A stretch of 56,909 nt of DNA, from the NCBI RefSeq assembly GCF_002571385.2, contig NW_019218150.1, forward strand, positions 111,151-168,059, in the 5' to 3' direction. Numbering within the stretch: position 1 is the first letter of the stretch; every line of letters starts with the position of its first letter. The DNA comes from Stylophora pistillata. Taxonomy: Eukaryota. Shown here piece by piece: positions 27,301 to 39,300 of this stretch. Position numbers and translations under genes: made by a program. The notes beneath the pieces are model-generated. The model was not told the DNA's origin and ran no database searches. It saw only the letters and a list, made by a program, of their open reading frames with translations.

Positions 27301-30300
27301 CCGGATTCCCTTGAATCTTCACTTCAAATTGTGCATTGTGACCCTCCACAACTTCGATAGGCTTTAGTTCTTTAAGAAATTCAGGTTTGACAGCTATCTC
27401 ATCCACAAAAAGTTCAGCTGTACATTCTACTATTCCGTGAGAATTCTTGGCAACACACTTGTACTCAGCCTCGTCGTCCAATACTGTTCCATCGATAACC
27501 AAGGCATACTTATTTCCCTCTTGGACTACATGTGTATGCTCATCTTCTTCTACAAGGTCACTTTCAACAAACCACTGCACAACTGGTCTAGGTGAGCCAT
27601 CAACTATTACTTCCAATCGGACTGCATCTCCCTCAGTGACATGAAAAGTTGACAGTTCCTTCATGAAGAGAGGCGCTTTACCACTGGGCCTTTTTTCTGC
27701 CGGGGGAGGCACAGCCTCCACAATCTGTTGAATGCTAGTTAGGACTGTTTCTTTACCTTCATCAACCACTTTCAGGTGTGCACTTGTCACTGCTTTGCCT
27801 GCTATATTAGATATGATGCATTTGTACTGTCCAGAGTCATTTGGTGCTATGTCTTCAAGTACTAGCAAAGATGAACCTGGTTCTGTCTCAATGTCCATAC
27901 CTTCGTCGTCTTCAGAAACCTCCTCATCATCCAAATACCACTTGACTTTTGGCTCTGGACTACCAATGTACTTGACAGAAAATTCAACGGTGTTACCAGA
28001 ATCTGCTGTAGAGTCATAGAGTTTCTTCGTAAATCTTGGTGGTACAGTATCCTCTGCAACAACCAGCACTGCTTCACAAGAGGCTGTCCCGAACTTGTTC
28101 CTTGCTTTGCATGCATAAGTACCACCATCGTCATCTCTACAATTTGTAATTAGAAATGTATGTGTATTTCCTCTTGTTTGGGTATCAAAGCGCGGCCCAG
28201 ATTTTAAAAGCTTCGTGTCCTTAAGCCATTCTACAAATGGTGTTGGTTTCCCATGAACCCTAACTTCCAAACAAACTGAATCACCGTCTGATACTTCAGT
28301 ATTTTGCAGAGCTTTGGTAAACTCCGGAGCACTCCCATCACCATTTACTGTCACTGTGGCAGAGGTGATGTCCTCTCCAGCAGTATTTGTTGCAGCGCAT
28401 GTGTAAATTCCTTCGTCATCCATGTCCGTCTTGAGAATGTTTAATACGCAGATGTTGTCAGATGATACTTTCATTTTTACCCTATTACTTTCGTTAACTA
28501 ATTGTTGGTCCTTGAACCAACTTATATTGGGATCTGGTTTTCCAACCACTGAGCACTTAAGCTTGATTAGTTCTCCCTCAGACACCTCGACACTTTCTAG
28601 CTGTGACGTAAATTTGGCAGGTATTTGTAAAGGTGATATGTATAAATGCGCACATGATTCAGCATTCCCAGCCTCGCTACTGGCTTTACAAGTATAGTCA
28701 CCTGCGTCTTCTAGTGTACCATACATAAGAATCAAAGCAGATGTGTCTTCATCGTGAATAATTTCCAAATGCTTGTCTTGTTTAACCGGCTCTCCGTCTT
28801 TAAACCAGGTTACCTCAGGCTCTGGCATTCCTGTAACTTTCACATCGAAACGAGTGCAAGAGCCTTCCACAATATGCACATCCTTTAAAAGTTTAACAAA
28901 AGCAGGAGGGCTTGTTGGAGTGACTTGCTTCACGGTTAGTTTACAGGATTTTGTGACTACACCAGCACTGTTCTTAGCTCGGCATATATAGTTTCCTTGA
29001 TCACTGCATCTCGCATCCTTGATTTCTAGGCTACAGATGTCATTTTCTCTGGTTGCATGGAAGCGCCTGTGAGGATAAATTGTGATTGGTTGATCATCTT
29101 TGTACCAAATCACTTCAGGTGGAGGTGTGCCAGTTACAAAGATCTGCATTTCTACAGAGTCCCCTTCCTCAATTGTTTTGTCTGTTAGTTCTGTGGTGAA
29201 TTCAGGGGGAATAGACCTTCGACGAGATGTTGGCCTACTCTCTGTCATCAAATGGATGTCAGAAGCACTTATATCACCGGGTTTGGGAAGTTGAACCTCA
29301 AGGGGTGCAAATTCAGTTCCATCTTGCCCATGAACAGTTAATGTCACTGACTGGGGTGGTTGATTTTGATTTCTGTGAGAGTGCAAAATAACGGATTCTT
29401 AAAATTAATGTCTTTAAATAATTTTTAAAATAGTGTCTAAGATATTATACTAAAGTGTTCAGTATCAAACTCACCTTTACTGAATTCTCTGTTTTTTAAT
29501 TGTACACCTCTATCTAATCATATTCTTAGCTCACTACCTTGACTGGCCTGAATATTTCACAAAATCGTCTTCAGCATTAAACTACTAAAAGTGTATTATA
29601 GTACAGTACAGATGTAGTTTGGTCCATGCCTGATAAGAAAATAGAGATAGATTTTGAATGGTTTGCCCTTTTGCAAATTGAAAAGGCCCAAGTTTTGACA
29701 AAATTACCGATTCCACTGTTTACTCGTGTACATTACTGGAACTGGATTGAGAATAATTTTGTAGAGAAAATCGTAATAATACTCTTACATTGCTAAATTA
29801 GAGCTGTCAGTTTCATCATTCACGTCAAGTTCGCCCTCTGATTCACCGGCTGTAAAAAATCATTTTTAAACATTTAAACAATGTGTCAGCTTTCAATAAA
29901 ATATTTTTAAAAAGACCACGACAACAATCACATGACACAGCCAAGACTCCCCCTACATTACTTTAAAACAATACAAATGCGTTAATACATCATGTCAAAA
30001 TCAAAATTAACCGATTCAATTCCAATGGACGCGTCACTTCAGAATTAGTTAATAGCAGAAACGTTTAGGAAACTATGCATTAGTAATTAGTTGTCAAGGC
30101 CTTATACTTGACTGGCAGCGAAGCAACTTGCTTTTGTGTTTTGATCATCATCATCATCATCATCATCGCCATCATCATCATAATAATAATAATAATAAAC
30201 GAATATTTAAACAGAATATTAAAAAAAAAAAAAACTTTGTCGACCAAACTCCAGTTTTATTTTCGGAAGTTCAACTGATAAAAATCAGTTCCTCGTGTGA

Positions 30301-33300
30301 AAATCGTCATCTGTCCTTGTAAAATAGTTTTTAAAAGGCATACATACATTACCAAGCAAGCAATCAAAAACCTGCAGACAGACTTTCCGTTTCAAATAAG
30401 TGTCAGTTGATGGAATACTAATGTACATATTTTCCAGTCCTTCTTACATTCAACATTTAGGTCTGCCGTGGAAGTTGCTGATCCTGCTACGTTTTTGGCG
30501 CGGCATGTATAGACTCCCTCATCCTCAATATCAACTTCAGAAATTTTTAAGCTGTACAAATTGCCATCCTTCTCGGTATGGATGCGCTCTCCAGATCTGA
30601 CGGGAAGGTCGTCTTTAAGCCATACCACTTGAGGCTCTGGAGTACCAGTAACGCGAACCTCCAGCTGTGTTGGCTGGCCCTCAGCTGCCTTAAGATTTTC
30701 CAAGGGCAAGGTAAATGCTGGAGCAACTGGAGCTATGAAAATGAAGAGCATATATAAATATAAGCTTTAGACCAAACAGGAAACAACTATGGTGAGACGG
30801 GAAACAGCTGAGATTTGGGCCACGTGGCAGGTAAAAAGAAAATAATAGAAAGCAAGACTGATTTAAAACCGGTCGACTTTTATGTCATCTTCAAACAAGG
30901 AGGCATACCTTTTTGACCCGCAAATGGACATGATTACTCATAATTTGGATATATCAACAAAGTTGAAATGGTAAATTGGCCACCGTAACGATTACAAAAG
31001 CTGATGTTTCGAGCGTTAGCCCTTCGTCGGAGCGAAGGGTTAACGCTCGAAACGTCAGCTTTTGTAATCGTTACTGTGGCCAATTTACCATTTCAACTTT
31101 GTTGATATATCCAAATTATNNNNNNNNNNNNNNNNNNNNNNNNNNNNNNNNNNNNNNNNNNNNNNNNNNNNNNNNNNNNNNNNNNNNNNNNNNNNNNNNN
31201 NNNNNNNNNNNNNNNNNNNNNNNNNNNNNNNNNNNNNNNNNNNNNNNNNNNNNNNNNNNNNNNNNNNNNNNNNNNNNNNNNNNNNNNNNNNNNNNNNNNN
31301 NNNNNNNNNNNNNNNNNNNNNNNNNNNNNNNNNNNNNNNNNNNNNNNNNNNNNNNNNNNNNNNNNNNNNNNNNNNNNNNNNNNNNNNNNNNNNNNNNNNN
31401 NNNNNNNNNNNNNNNNNNNNNNNNNNNNNNNNNNNNNNNNNNNNNNNNNNNNNNNNNNNNNNNNNNNNNNNNNNNNNNNNNNNNNNNNNNNNNNNNNNNN
31501 NNNNNNNNNNNNNNNNNNNNNNNNNNNNNNNNNNNNNNNNNNNNNNNNNNNNNNNNNNNNNNNNNNNNNNNNNNNNNNNNNNNNNNNNNNNNNNNNNNNN
31601 NNNNNNNNNNNNNNNNNNNNNNNNNNNNNNNNNNNNNNNNNNNNNNNNNNNNNNNNNNNNNNNNNNNNNNNNNNNNNNNNNNNNNNNNNNNNNNNNNNNN
31701 NNNNNNNNNNNNNNNNNNNNNNNNNNNNNNNNNNNNNNNNNNNNNNNNNNNNNNNNNNNNNNNNNNNNNNNNNNNNNNNNNNNNNNNNNNNNNNNNNNNN
31801 NNNNNNNNNNNNNNNNNNNNNNNNNNNNNNNNNNNNNNNNNNNNNNNNNNNNNNNNNNNNNNNNNNNNNNNNNNNNNNNNNNNAGTTTCTATTTCTTTCC
31901 CTTCTCTTAAGATTGCCGATTACTTTTTTCTCTTCGTACTGCAGCAAATATCCAGGTGCATTAGGAGTTGTGTAATCTAACCTATGTGCAATTTTTTACT
32001 TGATTTATTAACGTACCTGATACGAACTCTACCGGTGCCACTTCTGCAACTTTCCTTTCCGAAGCCTTTTCGAAGAACAAAAAAGAAAAATGGACATTAG
32101 GAGTCAAATATGGCGATGTCACTACTAACAAAAACAACTGTATTTTCTCGATTAAATGTCTCTCTCAACGTCGCATTCAACCAGAATAATGCGGCATTAA
32201 AAAAGGATATAAGGAAGGAAAAATAATAAAATCGACAACAAAAATAACGATCACGCACCACAAAATTCTCAGTACGATTTTATCGAAGCCAAACAGGAGA
32301 CAAGGAAATTTTGTTTTACGTAATATGTAAAATCTATGTATTACAATTGCCGTCTGTGCTTTAAGAAATACGGTTTTGAAAATAATACCGCCTTTAAATG
32401 ACCGCCGTATCAGAAACGCACAAATCTTTTAGAGGCCGCGGCTTTTCATCGTGTTAAAATGGATACGCACTTTATGTTCGTTCCTACCTCATCTGGAAAT
32501 TTAGATCCGGGCTTGGACTTGAGATTCACGGTGTATTCTACGAAAAGAGAGAGAAAGAGAAATTGATTACAGCCTACATTCTTGCCTCTGAAATGTGGTA
32601 AATACCAGAGACACTGTAAAGATACGGCACTCGGTTGCTTTCAGTTGAATCGTCATTCCAGCTACTGCCCACAAGAAGTAAAGCTTAACGAGTTGTTTTT
32701 CAAGCAGGTTGCAGTTTAATTATTCACACTTGCATATTACCTGCAGGCATCATGATTTCTGCTGTAGACTTCTTCCGCTGAAGGACTGTCACTGGAACCC
32801 AAATTTCATTGCCTCGGGAACCATCTGCAAGAAGTTTGACTACTTTGTACATTCCAGGATGTGACACCCGATCCAAAACCACCACAGTCTCTTCTTTGCG
32901 GATGCAAATGTTGTTAGGGTCATCTCTGTAGTCTTCTAATGCTATACAGAACTCAACTTCTTTGGGAGTAGGAGCGAAGGGGATCTCAAACCTAAGATTT
33001 AGAAGTACATTCTTTAAATTCATTCTACTCCATTCGACCCAGTGCTCACGCTGATAGTCCAAAGAGAGACCCCAAAGTAGGTGTTTCAGAGATCCGCACT
33101 GATAAGCGGGCTCTGAAGCAGATGCTTCAATTATTGTCTAATATTGACCAAAATAACAAATACTTACCGAGTCTTTTGATTAATTTCAGCACAAAGACGA
33201 TCAACTACTTCTTTACCAGCCTAAACAGATAAAATTTGTAAAGGGTTCAATGGGTGAACGACCACAAGGACTAAACTAAATATACATGTACAGCTTTAGA

Positions 33301-36300
33301 AGGAGCGGTAAAAGGAATGAATATTCAAAATACAACAAAAACAGAATGTGTGTCATACCTCAATGTCAGCTGTATCCACATGAGCCTTTTCCCCACACTC
33401 CAACATATCATCAAGAAAGGTTTTATATTCCAGAACACGTTCAACTGGCCGATCTAAGAGTTCCTTTATGGGACGAGAAGGCGCTTCATTTTCACATTTC
33501 TGTAAAATTTAAAATAAAATTTGAAAACACTGACAAGACTTGCCCAGCATACTTTGAATGGTGAGAATTGAAAGTGGAGTAGAACAATTCTATGTCCACT
33601 ATACATTGTGTAAGATTTACACGTATGTAGGTTACCTCGAAAAAATCTTTTGGCTGTGATTCCAAAAACCTGTCTGAGTCACTCTTTCCAACACAAAAGG
33701 TTATATATCTGTCAAGTTCATGTTCCTAAGTAGAAAGGAAATTAAAGATCCTCATCCATACTAAGTTAGCAGACTCTTCTTTTCACAACTTTATCAGAAG
33801 ATAACTATCAAAAAATACGAAAAGATGGTAAAACCTACTCTTACCCTCTTCTTGAACACTTTGCCAACCTCTGACGGATTTCCTTTGCACTTTGCCAACT
33901 CGTCACAAAAGATCCTAAAAATGAAATAAAATTGAATGTTGCATATACAGTCTCTTCTACATACACTGTGTTTGTTGCAATGTCGCCAACAACATCAGTC
34001 AAATATACCCGTTTACAAATCAAGAGCATCTGCTTGGTAAATAAAAGATGACCACGAAAAACCAAATATAGGTTTTCATATTCCTCGTCACACGAGCAGC
34101 TATCTACCCTAAACACTTTTCTATTGTTTTAACAAACTAAAACGTACACGTTGGCATAGCAACTTCTGTAAATGACCAGAGCCTTATAGTAGAAACGACC
34201 AGTTAATCAAAAACATTTAACAACATACACTTTGTGGAAGAAGAAGATATCTTCTGAGTTGATAAAAATGGTGTCCTTATTCTCAGCCAATTCAGATGGT
34301 GCGTTGGGAAGTTGATAGATGTAGTCCTGAAAAATAAATAACCGTACATTACTCTCACAACTGAAAAATATAGAGTCGTGTAATCTCAACTATTTCTTCC
34401 TTTTGAAATTGATTTCAAAACGAAAAGCAATACCTCTGCAAGCGACCTCAAGTCATCCACATATTTGCCCTCACTTTCAATTAACTTATCAGTGATGGCA
34501 TTCATCCTATGCAGCTTGGCCTCTTTATCTGAGTCAGGGCCTTCCCCATTCACAAAGGGGTACGGAAGAGTTAACTCTACAGCATCAAAGTTGAAGTCAC
34601 TGGGTGTGGTCATGAGATGCACTTCAGACTCAAACCTTGGTTGATCTTCGTCAGCTGAGTGGCCATTTGCTAGCTTGCTTGAATCAACGTAAGGAGCTGA
34701 CCCTCTTCTTGGGGTGTCTGGTGGTGTGAAGATCAGAACTGAACCAGCATGCTGAGGTATGAGAAGCTCAGCATGTTTAGTATGCTGCAATCTGCGGGAA
34801 AAAGAAACAATTATTGCAACGTAACGATGTAGCCATGATTGATAAGCAGAACAAGAGTTTACTGTGTACACGTCACAAACTTTCTATCGTTGTGGACTTA
34901 CGGTTTGTGGGTACTTGCTACGGAATCTTCAATTTTCCTACAGATGTTCTCGTTAGCTCTTTTCATCTCTCCTTCCACCCTGTTTATTTCCTCTGGGCTG
35001 GTCTTTTCCACGGTGTCTGGTGTACTTTCCACAGTTTTCTTGGACCGCACTTCAACGCTCAGATTCTCAGAGCTTGGCAAACAACCAAATACATAGAGAT
35101 TTGACATCATTTCTGGTTTTTCTGGAACCAGCACCTCTACTTCAGTTCTTGTCTCTTGTTTTATACTTGTAGTAGTCTCCCTTGTTGTTGTTTTCCATAC
35201 ACGTTTTCTCGTAAGCTGAGCTTGGTCTGCTGAAGATGGTGGAAATGTTTGTGTGTGGAGGGCTGTTTCAACTTCAATGTCTGTGTTGACATAAGGCCCT
35301 AAGGAGGTCACTGTAACATCTTTCTTTACCACTTCTACACCCCAAGGAGCTAGATCCATCTGATTAGGTTCTCGCTTCGTATCTTCACTGATGTGAACCA
35401 GAATCTCATGTTCTGGGATTTCCACTGGCTTCAGAGCTTTTCCACCTTCAAACCAACCCTGGATCTCTGACTTGATGATAGGCTCTATCTTTTGCTCAGT
35501 TTCTGTACTAACTGGTGTGTCTGACCTCACTCGCACTGAGACCTGCGGACGCTTGGCTGGTCCGGCCTCTTCAAATACTACCTGGTCACCAGGTCTTTTG
35601 CTGCCCAAGACTCCATCAACAAATGATGACAACACATTTACACGCACTGGTTTTTCATAGCCTGATGAGTCAGGAGTGGTCTCCAGCAATTCTTTCTCGT
35701 AAGCCTCTACACTTTCTCCTGTTATTTCTTCTGCCTGAAAGTAAAAGTAGAAATCACACATTCATATGACCTTGATTTCATGACTGGCTGAAAAAAATCG
35801 AGCAATCATCAGGTAAAAACTTTCCAGAAAAATATTACACGTGTCAACAAACACAATGTGAATCACAATCTCAATGCAGAGTAAAGATTTCACTGGTTGA
35901 TTTCATAGTTGTAATCCATGCACCTAACATGATAAATGAAATTGAACAATCCTTTGAAAAATGAATCGCTATATCTAAATTTTAGTATTGAGAACTTTTT
36001 TTAAAAAGTTGTGTGATACTAAACAAAGGAGTGCACAGCTGGTCTTTGTACCTTGGGAGGAAGTCCTCGCTGCTTTCTCTCTCTGAGTCTCTCTGCTAAA
36101 CGGAAAAGGTCATTATCCATGAAATCAAACTTAGTGGTTATCTGCTTCTGTTTGGTCATAAGATCCTTTGCTTGGTAGCGAGGTTCATCCATAGTAAGCT
36201 TAGCTGAAAGTTCAGCCAACTTCTTCAGTCGTGCCTCTTGCTTATTAAGCCCAGGCTTCACAAACCCTTCCAACATGTCTAGAAGGTCTATGACTTCCTC

Positions 36301-39300
36301 CTCTGTCTTGCACCTTTTTGCTTCATCCTGGGTGGTTTTCAAGAAGTGCTCACTATCACTGATCCATACTGATGCCTAATAAACAACAACAAAAAAAAAC
36401 ATACTTTAAATGGCCACAATGAAACAAAGACAAGTTCTGAGATAGCGGCCAAGTTCACCAAACTTATCTGCATAATCAGACTGGGAGACCCCAACACTGT
36501 CATAAGTGGCGGATCCAGGGGGAGGGTCCAGGGGGGTCTGGGGGGTTCTGGACCCCCCTAACAGACCTGGCGCTTACAACTTTGAAATTGAAATTCTTAC
36601 ATCGAAAGGATCGTATATCACTTTTTAACTGGCTGATCTTTTTAATGAATCGAGTAAACGGTAAGCGACCAAGGAACTATAACGTGCAACCGCGACTGGT
36701 GGGAGGGGGTGTGGGGGAGAAGTAATTTGCCTCAAAAGAGTCCTACAGTCCTTTCTGAACCAAAGTAAAAATTACTGGATCCGCCCCTGGTCACGTACTT
36801 CTATTGGAACATTCATTACCTGAAGAGGGAATTCCACGTTAAGTACAACCTAGCGCAGAATCTAACGTGGAATTCACACGCTGTGTAATGGACTTTCCTT
36901 AATTGCTTAATTGAATAAAAATAATGAAAAAAAAAAAAAGGAAACTGAGCATGAAACAAGAGATGCAAAACAATATCACTTCGCCTTGTTTTCAAATCGC
37001 AATTCCATGCTGAATACCTTGCTTCGTTAGATCCTATTACGAATAAACACCTTAATATATATAATTATCTTATTAACCAAGAGCGAGGGCCGTGCTGGGA
37101 GAATATCGGCCCGAGATCTTGACAGTACGGACCGAGCACAGCGAGGTCTGTACAAAAAAGACCGAGGGTCGATATTCTTCCAGTACGGTCCCGAGCAAGC
37201 TTGGTTAATAAGAGNTTTATTATACGACTGAAGTTCAAAGGGACAAAGTGCGGTATCATTCGGGACCATTCGGGACAGTGCCCGGTCCAATACTGAGAGA
37301 ATATTGACCGGCAATAGAGCATTTTGATTGGTTGATTTTAGTTATTGGCCCTCTGACTTCCCGAGTCGTGTAATAAATCTTACTACTAACAAACCTGTTC
37401 ATAAATCTGATGGAACTCTATTGATGCTTCAAGCATGGCCCTGTGGTCTTCCATCCTGGACAAAAATCTCTGCCAGCGGGCTTCCATTGCAGAAACTTGT
37501 CGCATAATGGCAGGTGCATCGTGATGATTTAATTGCTTCAACTTCCCTGCTTCTTCAACCAGTCTTACTACTTCCACATCAGCTGGCTGTCAAAATATTT
37601 TAATCGCCCTTATGTACCACAAATAGAGTCAACCAAACAATGCATTCAATAAAAACATCAGACAAGATGGGGAAGATGAACAATCAGCTCTCAAACAGTT
37701 TTAAAACCAGGATATTGAGAAACCCTCTTGAAATTAATCTTAATCTCCTATAAATAGCAACTTGGGAGACAAGCAAGTTATTATCATTCTCATTCTCGTC
37801 ATTATCATTAAAATTACAGTTACCTTAACAGACTCCAGAAATGAATCTGACTCTTGAAGCAAAGTAACAGCATCAAGTAGAGTGACTCCAAACTTTCTGT
37901 TTAGAGCAAGCAGTTCTCTGGTGTGCTCCTCTATGGTCAAGTTGACCTAATAAAAATAATTATTAATGGAAACCTGTGTAAAAACTTTCTTTCAACAGAA
38001 TCACAATGACTGAAACCAGTCCAAAAATTGTACACCAAACCTTTTTAAGCCTCATGTTTTACACTGAATATTCGTTTTAAAATATACGATACGATTATTA
38101 CACTACAGTACAGATAAAAGGCTCTATAATAAGTCCCATGGAATCAAAACCAAAACATTTCAAAACATTTAAGCCCTATACACAAAGGAATTTGACAGAA
38201 AAAAATGGAATGATGGAAATATCTCCCCCCCCCCAAAAAAAAACAAACTAATTCTGTTGTCTCCTTAACTTTGAAAAAATTGAAATTATTTCCAAAGGTG
38301 ATTAAGACATTTCAGCCTAAACATCCTTCTAGCAGTGTTTACAAACTTACTGCACTGATAGCCTGCTCAAATTCACACAATCGCACACTTTCTAACAATT
38401 TGTCCCTATGGTGTTCCCAAAGAGACCTCCACTCCTCATGTCTTCCTTCTGATCTCTCAAGGAAGCCCTTGATTTCATCACGAGATACAGAGACAGCTGC
38501 TGAAGTGGAAGCACGGCTTAAGACATCCTGTGCACTAACAGTGGTGAAGCTGTACAGGTCTTGAACTGTCTGGTAGTTGGCGAGATGGTCCTGTAGAAGG
38601 AGCTGGGAGTTGTTGATGTCTCTGGGGAGGGGTTGGCTTTGAAGGCCATATGTCATATCATCCATCATTTGGAGAAGCTGAAATGAAATTCAGTCAAGAA
38701 AAAAGTTAATTTTCTGATATTGCAATTCTCTGGGAATCATAGTGTACAAACCATCCCCAAGATGAAGTTGAAGTTAATTTATTTGTTTAAGCAGGTTGAT
38801 TAATTTGGCAGCTGTAATAGCTGATGTGGACCTGCTGTCCTAACCCACTCATCCCACCCCAGGGGAGGACATCCATCACCCAGTAATCTCGTGTGTGGGA
38901 AATTAACGTCTCCTGCCCCAACCCTGCAGGAAACAGGACCTCCATTTATTCGTCCCTATCTGAGAAGACTAGAATATCTAACCATTTCTTGATGTTATAG
39001 AAAGGTAGCAAATTCTTCTCAATTATTTTAAGACCTTGAGTGTTGGTCCGGCTGAGGCTCGAACCCTCAACCTCCCGCACTACAGTCCAGCGCTCTATCC
39101 ATTGAGCTAACTGGGATGCCACACAATAAGTTTCACCAAAACAATTAATGTGGCAATTTGAACTTTGCCTGGGTGCGCAGGGAGTTGGAACTAGAACTGT
39201 CATTTCTTCCCAGTAGAATACATTGTAGAGGTGTTAAAAGGTAAGTACACCTAGTTCACTTTTGTGAACAGATGGCCTAGAAGAAAAGGTCTAAAAGAAA

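Noticed and set aside
706-29294. Many plus-strand ORFs of 60-250 aa overlapping the Ig exons
   Set aside because: Antisense shadows of repetitive Ig codons (S/L/T-rich, recurring ATHLY); no independent gene signals
30976-31980. 334-aa and 284-aa ORFs
   Set aside because: Artefacts of translating the N gap
36820-36875. Possible 30-bp phase-0 microexon (VVLNVEFPLQ) overlapping a 13-bp hairpin
   Set aside because: Weak acceptor; flanking exons already join as a normal spectrin junction (FHQIYEQ-ASVWI)
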